Shown here piece after piece: positions 32,281 to 43,187 of a stretch of 64,000 nt of DNA. The notes beneath the pieces are model-generated. The model was not told where the DNA came from and made no database searches. It worked only from the letters and a program-made list of their open reading frames with translations. Every line of letters begins with the position of its first letter. The first letter of the stretch is position 1. Both the position numbers and the translations under genes were made by a program. Origin of the DNA: an uncultured bacterium (GTDB taxonomy: Bacteria; Desulfobacterota_D; UBA1144; Nemesobacterales; UBA2774). The stretch covers positions 32,001-96,000 of the forward strand of contig CAVPJU010000006.1 of the NCBI GenBank assembly GCA_963705505.1, given 5' to 3'.

Positions 32281-33226
32281 TCAATTGAAATCCGCATACA
32301 AAGCTCCGGTAGAGTCTCAAAAGGTATATAACAGGACCGGATTTCTTTTCACCGGAATTATCATCGTCCGGACTTGTATACGCAAATAAATCTATTGCAG
32401 TATAAGTCTTCAATCTGTTCCTCCAGCCGGGGAGGAATCTCTTCTCGTTTCTCTCAGGAGGGGAATTCTTGACACGCCTTGCGAGCATGGTCTCGGCTGT
32501 GGCGGCGAATTCACGGACCGCTTCCGGACCTTCCTCATTTCCACTCATATTTTCAAGCACCTGGAGCAAGCCCCATCCTTCACCCTTGTACCGTTCCGTC
32601 TCGGCAGTACCCTCCCCCTTGAAATTCACATAATCAACCAACGCGTAGATACCCATCGGGGAGCCGGCGACCCGGTAGAACTGCTTTCTTATATTGCTCC
32701 TTGATTCCTCGGGCGCCGCCTTCAGCATCTTCGGGAGGCTTTTTTCAAGCCGACGCGCTATGAACAGTGACTGCAAGGGGATCGTTTCTATCAGGAATTT
32801 TCTGAGAGACACCATTTTCGGCGAATCGAAGTCGTTATAGAACTCACGGCGGGAGCTCCACGGCAGATCGAATGCCGGAAGCTCGTTCATCCATTCGGGG
32901 GCAGGCGCTCCTTTCGATTTTATAAATTCGAAGACAGATGGGAATGTCTCAATAAAAGGGTATTGCTTGCCCTCCGGATACCATAAAAAGTGGCCTATGC
33001 CCAGCGATGCGAACTCTTCTCCCTCGTTCCATGCCGTAAGGTTTTCCACTTTCCCGCCGCATTCGTTCCTGAATATCAGCATACCGATTTTCTCAAGCTC
33101 TCCGGGCGGTATCGAGACACAATCAGGCTCGCATGAGGATAGGAGAAATGCGGCTGCCAAAACAACGCTTATTATTTGAACTGAATTACGGATGGATTTT
33201 ACTCGTATCGTCAAAGGTTTATTCAT
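32273..33226 (-). CDS. Hypothetical lipoprotein, possibly lysozyme-like
   Basis: Lipobox-like LLSSC; NEC..LTAWNEGEEFASLGIGHFLWYP; DYVNFKGEG; FLPGWRNR. Confidence 0.6.
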   Translation of the reverse strand: MNKPLTIRVKSIRNSVQIISVVLAAAFLLSSCEPDCVSIPPGELEKIGMLIFRNECGGKVENLTAWNEGEEFASLGIGHFLWYPEGKQYPFIETFPSVFEFIKSKGAPAPEWMNELPAFDLPWSSRREFYNDFDSPKMVSLRKFLIETIPLQSLFIARRLEKSLPKMLKAAPEESRSNIRKQFYRVAGSPMGIYALVDYVNFKGEGTAETERYKGEGWGLLQVLENMSGNEEGPEAVREFAATAETMLARRVKNSPPERNEKRFLPGWRNRLKTYTAIDLFAYTSPDDDNSGEKKSGPVIYLLRLYRSFVCGFQLNG

Positions 33227-33327
33227 TCTTACTCAATCACGAATAAAACCCGGCTATGTTAAAACGACAAGGAGCGCTAAACCCGGAATTAAGGCTCAAT
33301 CTCGTAACCAAGGAAAAATCGCAAATC

Positions 33328-33549
33328 TCAGCGGTAAATATGCTGTTTCAGGGATTTAGGGTCAGAGATCCGTTCGAATACTTCGCCGCACTTATCACAT
33401 TCGTACCTGACTTCAACGGGAGGATGACTGATACCGAACCCGACGAGAATCCATCCCCAGACCGAGTAACTCGGCTTGGGTACTATCCACGGATGGCTCC
33501 TCGTATAGCCGCATCTGCATTTTTTCTGATCTGTATTTTCTGGACTCAT
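33328..33549 (-). CDS. Small Zn-ribbon protein (CxC ... hydrophobic segment ... CxxC)
   Basis: 73 aa; CRCG..H, WGWILVGFG, CDKCG. Confidence 0.6.
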   Translation of the reverse strand: MSPENTDQKKCRCGYTRSHPWIVPKPSYSVWGWILVGFGISHPPVEVRYECDKCGEVFERISDPKSLKQHIYR

Positions 33550-33906
33550 AGCGAATTATAATATGCAGTTATTGTAACGGGTTTATACGCCTATTCAAAT
33601 CTTATTAATATCGTCTCGATCAAACTCTTAGTGATTCAGGAGGGTTTTATTGTGACTCCCTCCGAAATCGGGCAGGCCGTTTTAATCCTTTTTAATATAA
33701 TACCTCATTATAGGCCTCGTTTCAGAGCGCCGGGCAGCTTCAATAAACCCCGCTTCTTAAAGCCCGAATAGAGACCCGTATAAACGAAAACATCGATAAG
33801 GGAATGAAAATCCGGCTTAAGCGAACTTTTTAGCATGAGATATGCAATTTTAGAAGAATTTTACGCTGCTGCAATATTACACTATAAATTTTCCATCAAA
33901 AGAATT

Positions 33907-34332
33907 CTATTCCGGAGCGGGGCTCAAAGACTTTCTCAATTTCTTCAGCTGACCGCGGTACTTTTTTCTTTTCATTCTTTCTTCCTTCGATTGAGCGGTG
34001 GGCCTGGTCTTGCGCCTCTTCCTGGGTTCGACCGCGGCTTTCCTTATCAACTCGGTCAAACGCCCTATCGCGTCGCTGCGGTTCTTCTCCTGAGTCCTGT
34101 ACCTGCGCGCTTCTATAATCAGAATACCCTCGTTAGTGACTTTATTTCCCGCTATCTTTATCAGCCGGCTTCTAATATCAGGGGTAAGGCTCGGGGAATT
34201 TGCCGCATCGAACCTGAGCTCTACCGCAGTCGCAACCTTGTTCACGTTCTGCCCGCCGGGGCCCGAAGAGCGGACAAAATCGAGCGTAATCTCACTCTCG
34301 TCAAGGGATATGCGTGGTGTAACTCGTATCAT
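33907..34332 (-). CDS. arfB: Alternative ribosome rescue factor ArfB
   Basis: RSSGPGGQNVNKV GGQ motif; RTQEKNR; basic C-terminal tail. Confidence 0.95.
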   Translation of the reverse strand: MIRVTPRISLDESEITLDFVRSSGPGGQNVNKVATAVELRFDAANSPSLTPDIRSRLIKIAGNKVTNEGILIIEARRYRTQEKNRSDAIGRLTELIRKAAVEPRKRRKTRPTAQSKEERMKRKKYRGQLKKLRKSLSPAPE

Positions 34333-34495
34333 ATCTAGAATTTATGCGCTCCTCTACGATAAATCAAGGAACTGGCAGCCCGCTCCCGCGGCTCATTACA
34401 CGTTCCCGAGGAGTCGGCAGACGGCTATAGGGTTGAATCAACGTGAAGCAATCGTTCAAGGGGTGTTTTACTGCAGGAGATAAAAGCCCGGGGGT

Positions 34496-34533
34496 AAGAA
34501 AAAGAGCGGCGGGATTATAGCATCCCGCCGCTC
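34496..34533 (-). terminator. Rho-independent terminator downstream of amtB
   Basis: 12-bp stem GAGCGGCGGGAT/ATCCCGCCGCTC followed by TTTTTCTT on the minus strand. Confidence 0.85.
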
Positions 34534-34551
34534 CGGATTCGATGTCATTAA

Positions 34552-35942
34552 TTATTCGTCTGTAAGTCTGACTCCATGCTCGGGAGTACCATAGCCCTGA
34601 GACAATTGAAACCCTGAATAAGCTTCTTCTCCGTGCTCGCCGAGGTCGATTCCTCCGATTTCTTTTTCGGAAGACACTCTGAGGCCCATTACAGCCTTGA
34701 GGACGGCCAGAATGATCATTGTGCCCACGAACGAGAATACCCAGGTAGCCACGACGCCTACAAACTGTATCCACAACTGCCCGGGATTGCCGTAAAAGAG
34801 GCCGTCGCGCCCGGCGGAATTTACGGCGGTAGTCGCGAATAATCCGGTCGCCAAAGCACCCCACGTCCCGCCTATGCCGTGCACTCCAACTACGTCCAGG
34901 GAATCGTCATAACCGAGCTTCGGTCTCAGGTTGACGGCGAGGAAGCAGAATATTCCGCCGCCGAGCCCGACAATTATTGCCGCCATAGGAGTCACGAAAC
35001 CTGCTGCAGGCGTTATTGCCACGAGACCCGCCACAGCTCCCGAGGCCGCTCCGAGGACGGTGGGCTTGCCCCTGACGATCCATTCATAAATACCCAGCCG
35101 AGAACCGCTGCCGCGGTTGCGGTATTCGTCGTAACAAATGCAGTACTCGCCAGTCCGCTTGCCGCAACCGCGCTTCCGGCGTTAAATCCGAACCAGCCTA
35201 CCCAGAGCAGCGAGGCGCCGATGACACTATAAGGAAGAAAATGAGGCGCCATAGGCTCGCGTCCGTATCCGATCCTCTTTCCGAACATTAGCGCCGCCGC
35301 GAGAGCTGCGGCACCGGAGCTGATATGCACTACGGTTCCGCCCGCGAAATCCAGAGCCCCCATAGCCCCTATCCATCCGCCACCCCACACCCAGTGCGCA
35401 AGCGGATCGTAAATGATTGTTGTCCAGAGAAGGACGAAGACGATGAATGTGCTGAATTTCGCGCGCTCCGCAAAGGATCCCGTGATAAGAGCCACGGTTA
35501 TTACGGCGAACGTCAGCTGATAGACCATGAAAAGGTTATGAGGTATGGTCGTAGCCCATACTGTGGAGGGTTCACCCGTGACCCCGTTTAAACCCAGCCA
35601 ATCGAGACTCCCGATGATATGGGATATATCGGGTCCGAAAGCAAGGGTATAACCTATGATAACCCATTGTATGGAAACCAATGCCGTAATGAAAAAGCTG
35701 TGCATGAAGGTCCCGAGAGCGTTCTTGGAGCGAACCAGGCCTCCGTAAAAAAGGAATAGCCCCGGGATCGTCATCATCAAAACCAAAGCCGAAGATACGA
35801 GCATCCAAGCGGTATCACCCGTATCGATCTTAGGGCCGTCCTGCGCATGGGATAACCCGGGCGCTGACAAACATACTAAAAACACGAATAACGGGTAAAA
35901 GCAAAGCCTTATAATTTAACTCTAGAAGCCAACCTTTCTCAT
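34552..35942 (-). pseudogene. amtB: Ammonium transporter AmtB, frameshifted (split into ORFs 35013-35885 and 34552-35034)
   Basis: DTGDTAWML, DFAGGTVVHISSG, WFGFNAGS, AGLVAITPAAG, DDSLDVVGVHG; adding one base near 35085 restores ...WVFMEWIVRGKPTVLGAASG. Confidence 0.9.
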
Positions 35943-36103
35943 TGTAAATCCTCCTTTGTGTGACGTAAAATCATCTAAAATTTTTATATTCAACTGTAAT
36001 TACTGGTATTTTGGGTTCACACAGACTACAAAAACGAATCCCGGAATTCCAGGACGTCATTTTTCATTTTTTTTGCGGAACCTCTAGCCTATTCTATAGT
36101 AAT

Positions 36104-36119
36104 TGCAAACAACATACCA
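36104..36119 (-). promoter_or_regulatory. Sigma54 (-24/-12) promoter of amtB
   Basis: Minus strand TGGTATGTTGTTTGCA has the exact GG-N10-GC spacing. Confidence 0.7.
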
Positions 36120-36180
36120 CTTATCGAATAAATTATGATTCAATAAACTAGGGAGTTATAGAAAGGGATTGAGATTTCAA

Positions 36181-36218
36181 TGCCTAAAAGTTAAGCAACA
36201 TATTCTAAAAATTGAACA
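36181..36218. promoter_or_regulatory. NtrC-type enhancer site(s)
   Basis: TGCCTAAAAGTTAAGCA (TGC-N11-GCA, 36181-36197) and a weaker adjacent copy, 60-100 nt upstream of the sigma54 element. Confidence 0.55.
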
Positions 36219-36447
36219 TTCAAACTTTAAGGTATGCGGCAGCTATATTTCACAGAGATTCGAATATTATTTGGCAGAATAAACTGATTTAAATAAGGTT
36301 CCGGCGAAATGGCAGTCGGATTTGTCCAGACTACAGAGGTGAGTCCGGCACACAATAGACCCGGTTGCCGAACCGCAAACAGCAGGAATGCTTACTGGTC
36401 AAAAATTAATTCCGGGATTTAGATACATAATATATTCTATGTATATT

Positions 36448-37449
36448 CTATTTCGTCAGACTGACGACTACCCTTCCCTTTTGTTTCCCATGAAGGATTA
36501 GTTCTATGTGTTCATCGAGTCCGGAAAGAGAAATTTCGGTCGAAATGATATCCAGCTTCTCTATTTTCCATTCGTTTGCTATCTTATCCCAAACTTTTTT
36601 TCTGACATCCATCGGGCAATACGCGGAATCGATACCCACGAGAGAGACCCCTCTCAATATGAACGGATAAACATTCAGAGGCAGATCGGCGGAAGCCACG
36701 TTCCCGCAGCAGGTGACGACACCGTGCTGTCTGGCGGATTTGATTGCAGTTGCAAGTATCTCTCCTCCGACGGTATCCACGACACCGGCCCACCTGGCTT
36801 TCAACAGGGGCCTGCCGGAGCTATCTTTGGCGTCCTCCCTGCTGATCACCTCTTTAACTCCGAGGTCGATGAGAAACTGCTTCTGATCCGCCTTCCCAGT
36901 GGAAGCCACGACGTCGTAGCCCGATTTCGCGAGAATGCCCGAAGCTATGCTCCCGACACCCCCTGTCGCGCCCGTTACCAGCACCTCGCCCATTTCGGGA
37001 TTCACACCATGCTCCTCCATTTTATAAACGGAGAGAGCAGCCGTAAACCCCGCCGTACCGTAAACCATGCTCTCCCTGAGAGAAAGACCCTTGGGAAGTT
37101 TTACGACCCAGTCGGCAGGTACCCTTATATACTCGCCGTACCCGCCCGAAGTATTCGCTCCGAGGTCATACCCGGTGACTAGTACTTCCTCTCCCGGCTT
37201 GAGATTAGCCGAAGCGCTCTCCTCAACGATACCCGCAGCGTCGACTCCGGGCGTGTGGGGGTAATTCTTCGTAACACCTCTGTTGCCTGTCGCTGAAAGG
37301 GCGTCTTTATAATTCATGGAAGAATAATGAACCCGGATCAGCACATCCCCCGCAGGCAGATCATCGATCGGCCTCTCCTTAATAGTCCTCGCGAATTTAT
37401 TTTCCTCAGTCTCCTCGACTACGAGTGCCCTGAACGTCCGTCCGCTCAT
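36448..37449 (-). CDS. YhdH/YhfP (AcuI-like) MDR oxidoreductase
   Basis: YSSMNYKDALS, PGVDAAG, GTAGFTA, VTGATGGVG, PFILRGVSLVGIDS. Confidence 0.92.
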   Translation of the reverse strand: MSGRTFRALVVEETEENKFARTIKERPIDDLPAGDVLIRVHYSSMNYKDALSATGNRGVTKNYPHTPGVDAAGIVEESASANLKPGEEVLVTGYDLGANTSGGYGEYIRVPADWVVKLPKGLSLRESMVYGTAGFTAALSVYKMEEHGVNPEMGEVLVTGATGGVGSIASGILAKSGYDVVASTGKADQKQFLIDLGVKEVISREDAKDSSGRPLLKARWAGVVDTVGGEILATAIKSARQHGVVTCCGNVASADLPLNVYPFILRGVSLVGIDSAYCPMDVRKKVWDKIANEWKIEKLDIISTEISLSGLDEHIELILHGKQKGRVVVSLTK

Positions 37450-37593
37450 AAACATCCCTCCCGGATTAAGTCATATAATAGTCTGAAGCGCGACATCATA
37501 GTTTCGCGCTTTCCAGTCGTCCATAACAATATGACCGAATCTTCGGCAAGAGCAAACGGGGAGAGGGCCCCGGCTATCCCGAATAATTTCTTG

Positions 37594-37607
37594 TTGATTG
37601 GAATCAA
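37594..37607. promoter_or_regulatory. FNR/CRP-FNR family binding box
   Basis: TTGAT-TGGA-ATCAA is an exact TTGAT-N4-ATCAA palindrome. Confidence 0.6.
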
Positions 37608-37644
37608 TAGCGGTGATATTATATGTATATACAAAATCAAGTCC

Positions 37645-37740
37645 TGATCCGAAAAGGCAAACCATTTGAAAAGATGGGACGCAAAACCCAAGACCTAAGG
37701 GCGTGATCGAGCCTAGGGTAGACTGGTTACCGAAATGGGG
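37645..37740 (+). ncRNA. Cyclic di-GMP-I (GEMM) riboswitch
   Basis: GGCAAACCATTTGAAAAGATGGGACGCAAAACC...GACCTAAGG...CCTAGGGTAG..GGTTACCGAA matches the class I core (GGCAAACC...GGGACGCAAA...GGTTRCCGA). Confidence 0.88.
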
Positions 37741-37809
37741 ACGCACTTGGCAATACGCCGTAATTTCTTCTTCCTCTCGGATATGGGAACTGTAACAGGG
37801 GGTTACAAA

Positions 37810-39432
37810 GTGAGCTACTCCGCCAGATTGTTCGTGCTTTTTATTTTGTCGATAGTTACAGCCTATGGTACACGGGCGGTGGAACTCACCACGGTTAAAG
37901 TAGCGGGGGGCTTCACCGAGCCCCTATTTTTAACATCCCCGCCAGGCGACACGGCGCGGCTCTTCGTCGTCGAGCAGAACACCGCTCAAATAAAAATAAT
38001 TAAGAACGGGGTAGTGCTCGGCACGCCATTTCTAAATATCGATCCCAAAGTCGGAAGCGGCGGCGAGAGGGGGCTTCTGGGACTCGCTTTTCACCCGAAT
38101 TATGCGAGTAACGGCTATTTCTACGTGAACTATACGGACAACTCCGGCAACACGGTGATCGCGCGATATCACGTCTCGGGCAACCCCGATATAGCCGACC
38201 CGAACAGCGAATTGGTACTCATGACCGTCGTGCAGCCGTTCAGCAACCACAACGGCGGAATGCTCGCCTTCAGTCCTAACGATGACGATCTCTATATCGG
38301 CCTCGGGGACGGCGGGGATTCTTATGATCCCGGAAACAGGGCCCAGGACGGTCAGACTGAGCTGGGTAAAATCCTGAGAATAGACGTCGGCAACGGAACT
38401 GCATTCTCCGCCCCCGCGGACAACCCTTTTAACAACGACCCGTCGGTCCTCGACATAGTATGGTCTTTAGGTGTCAGAAACCCGTGGAGGTTCAGCTTCG
38501 ACCGTTTAAACGGCGACCTGTATATAGCGGATGTGGGGCAGGGATCGAGGGAGGAAGTGGACTGGCAGTCGGGTGACAGCCAGGGCGGTGAAAATTACGG
38601 CTGGCGCTGTATGGAAGGAAAGGAGTGCACCGGCCTTTCGGGATGCACATGCAATTCTCCCGAGCTGACGATACCGATCTTCGATTACACGCACTCAGGC
38701 GGGAACTGCTCTATAACCGGAGGCTATGTTTATAGAGGCCCGGCAATACCTGCAATCGACGGCACTTATTTCTTTGCCGATTTCTGTACCGGGAGGATAT
38801 GGTCGTTCGTCCGGAGCGGTAACAGTGTCTCGCAATTTACAGAGCGTACGGCGGAGCTTAAACCAATAACGGGAGAAACCATAAATAACATCACATCTTT
38901 CGGCGAGGACGATAAAGGGGAGATATATATTGTGGACAGGGACGGCGAGATATTCAAAATAGCAGATAAAAGCACCCTGCCGGTCCCTACACCTGTTCCG
39001 ACACCGGTACCGCCGGCTCCGACTCCCGCACCTCCGCCTTCAGGGAGTGGAACGCTGTCTGCGTTTAGCCCCGGAACTGCCGGCGCAAGGAATTCAATAA
39101 CGGTAACGGGCGCCCCGCGCGGCTCTACCGTGCGATTCTACTATTCCACCCTTACCGGTAAGACGACAATTACAAGCGGCGTCTGCAAAGGGAAAGCGCT
39201 TGACCTGAGGAGCCCGGTATCTCTGGGTACAGCCGTTGCGAATTCAACAGGGAAAGCCACTTTAAATGTCTCTCTATCGAGAACCCTGGGCGGAAGAACC
39301 CTATACATTCAGTCGAGGGTCGAGACTTCGGCTTCCTGCAAAATTACAAATCGGGTAAGCCAGACAATCAAGAAAGCAACAGGGGGTTCTACGGGCGGCG
39401 GAACAATCCCGGGATTCCCGATTTTCAGGTGA
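37810..39432 (+). CDS. Secreted PQQ-dependent glucose/sorbosone dehydrogenase-family protein with a Pro/Thr linker and C-terminal beta domain
   Basis: ERGLLGLAFHP, NHNGG, IGLGDGG, GKILRID, GVRNPWRFSFD, ADVGQ; GTG 37810 follows a G-rich RBS and begins a signal peptide (the ORF-track start 37735 lies inside the riboswitch). Confidence 0.9.
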   Translation: MSYSARLFVLFILSIVTAYGTRAVELTTVKVAGGFTEPLFLTSPPGDTARLFVVEQNTAQIKIIKNGVVLGTPFLNIDPKVGSGGERGLLGLAFHPNYASNGYFYVNYTDNSGNTVIARYHVSGNPDIADPNSELVLMTVVQPFSNHNGGMLAFSPNDDDLYIGLGDGGDSYDPGNRAQDGQTELGKILRIDVGNGTAFSAPADNPFNNDPSVLDIVWSLGVRNPWRFSFDRLNGDLYIADVGQGSREEVDWQSGDSQGGENYGWRCMEGKECTGLSGCTCNSPELTIPIFDYTHSGGNCSITGGYVYRGPAIPAIDGTYFFADFCTGRIWSFVRSGNSVSQFTERTAELKPITGETINNITSFGEDDKGEIYIVDRDGEIFKIADKSTLPVPTPVPTPVPPAPTPAPPPSGSGTLSAFSPGTAGARNSITVTGAPRGSTVRFYYSTLTGKTTITSGVCKGKALDLRSPVSLGTAVANSTGKATLNVSLSRTLGGRTLYIQSRVETSASCKITNRVSQTIKKATGGSTGGGTIPGFPIFR

Positions 39433-39565
39433 TAATAAAACGGCTGGACATAACGAATACGAGGGTATGAGGTCCTATAAGGTCCGGGCTCGAATGTCCG
39501 GGTATCGTAAGGGATTGTAAGCGGCCTTTTTTTATAATTCGTATCTCAATCCGATCCCTGGCGCG

Positions 39566-41488
<1,923 letters not shown>

Positions 41489-41611
41489 TTAATGCAAATT
41501 AAATACCCCCGGCCCGATAAAACTCCTAAATGATAGTATAAAAGTTATGGCGGTAAAGCGCAATGAAAGCCCGAATTTGTGAACGTTCAAGCGTCCTGTA
41601 AACTAATCGGC

Positions 41612-42649
41612 ATGTCTGATTTAGTATTGGGGATAGAGACTTCCTGCGACGAAACGGCTGCAGCCGTGATCGAGGGCGGAAGGAAGGCGCTCTCGAACGT
41701 CGTCGCGTCTCAGGTGGATATTCATAAGGAATACGGCGGCGTAGTGCCGGAGATTGCGTCGAGAAAGCACGTCGAGCTTATACTGGCCGTAATAAAGAAA
41801 GCACTGACGGCGGCAGGCAAGGACGCGGAAGAGCTTCGAGGGATTGCGGTTACGAACGGACCGGGGCTAATCGGCGCCCTCATGGTGGGGCTTTCGACCG
41901 CAAAGGCTTTCGCATACGGCCTCGGCGTCCCGCTCATCGGCGTGAACCACCTGGAAGCCCATCTGTCGGCTGTGCATCTGGAGCACGACGTGGAGTTCCC
42001 GTTCGTGGGCCTGGTCGTTTCGGGAGGACATACGAGCCTCTATCTGGTAAAGGACTACACGGAATTCGAGACGCTCGGAAAAACCAGGGACGACGCCGCG
42101 GGGGAGGCTTTCGATAAGGCCGCGAAGCTCCTCGGGCTCGATTATCCGGGCGGAGTTGCGATAGACAGGCTCGCAAAAGAGGGGGACCCGGAGGCGATCG
42201 CCTTTCCGAGACCGTTCAAGAGCTCCTCGTCCCTCGATTTCAGCTTCAGCGGGCTTAAGACCTCTCTCGTGTATTATCTGAGGAAGCATCCTGACCCCGA
42301 TGACGCGCAGCTGAAAGACATATGCGCCTCCTATCAGGAAGCGATAGCCGAAACGCTCGCTGACAAAACGCTGCTTGCGGCAAAAGAGTACGGCGTCAAA
42401 TCCGCCGTTATTTCAGGCGGAGTGGCGTGCAATTCCCGGCTGAGAACGATCGCAGGGGAAAGGTTCGGGGAGGAGGGGATAACGCTCCACATACCGTCGC
42501 CCGTATACTGCACCGACAATGCTGCAATGATAGGGGCGCTCGGCGCAATGAGACTAAGACAAGGGGAAACTTCCGAGCTGAATATAAATCCCTATTCCAC
42601 TTCCCGGCCTAAGTACATCAGGGGAAAGGGAATGGTAAAAAACTCATAA
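41612..42649 (+). CDS. tsaD: tRNA threonylcarbamoyltransferase TsaD
   Basis: GIETSCDET, GGVVPEIASRKH, NHLEAH, SGGHT, DFSFSGLKT, CTDNAAMI. Confidence 0.97.
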   Translation: MSDLVLGIETSCDETAAAVIEGGRKALSNVVASQVDIHKEYGGVVPEIASRKHVELILAVIKKALTAAGKDAEELRGIAVTNGPGLIGALMVGLSTAKAFAYGLGVPLIGVNHLEAHLSAVHLEHDVEFPFVGLVVSGGHTSLYLVKDYTEFETLGKTRDDAAGEAFDKAAKLLGLDYPGGVAIDRLAKEGDPEAIAFPRPFKSSSSLDFSFSGLKTSLVYYLRKHPDPDDAQLKDICASYQEAIAETLADKTLLAAKEYGVKSAVISGGVACNSRLRTIAGERFGEEGITLHIPSPVYCTDNAAMIGALGAMRLRQGETSELNINPYSTSRPKYIRGKGMVKNS

Positions 42650-42661
42650 CACGCCCGCTTA

Positions 42662-42964
42662 TCAGTACTCATAATCGACTACAGCCCTGTCCGAGCGAAT
42701 CTCGCCCACGAAACCGACGATTTTCAGATGCTCCGGATGGTTCTGATACGCTTCAAGCCCCTCCCTGTCCTCAAACTCGGAATATAAAACCACGTCGAAG
42801 GCGGCCGGGGATGTATTAAAATTAATCCCGACCTCGACGGCGACTATCTCCTCTATCACTCCGTCGAGCGCCTCGAGCGCAGCTTTCAGTTTTCCCGCGT
42901 TCTCCTCTTTAGAAGCTCCGGCAGCGAAATCCTTGAGCCTCCACATCACGATGTGTTTGATCAT
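42662..42964 (-). CDS. Dabb family (stress-responsive alpha/beta barrel) protein
   Basis: MIKHIVMWRLK, YQNHPEH, RAVVDY. Confidence 0.9.
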   Translation of the reverse strand: MIKHIVMWRLKDFAAGASKEENAGKLKAALEALDGVIEEIVAVEVGINFNTSPAAFDVVLYSEFEDREGLEAYQNHPEHLKIVGFVGEIRSDRAVVDYEY

Positions 42965-43187
42965 AGATGCCTCCAGCCTGATCGATACGATACTGCCCCA
43001 TAGCAATCGGAAAACCGTCATTGACAGTTTTGATTTTTTGTAAGGAGCAAATAGAATTATAGTACTGAAGATAATATTCCTTTACAAAGGGGAAGAAGGA
43101 AGACCGCTTAAATCCCGAAGTGATATGACCGACGGCTAAACTATATTATAAACGAGAGTATTCGTACGCATCCGGGGAGAGAACACG

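Noticed and set aside
18676..33656. Shared 12-mer GGGTTTTATTGT near 18678 and near 33641
   Set aside because: About one such match is expected by chance across the intergenic DNA, and the flanks are unrelated
37645..37740. 3',3'-cGAMP (GEMM-Ib) specificity for the riboswitch
   Set aside because: The discriminating position is G rather than A, so c-di-GMP is more likely; not excluded without probing
37735..37809. ORF-track start of the dehydrogenase
   Set aside because: Lies within the riboswitch and expression platform; GTG 37810 has an RBS and a signal peptide
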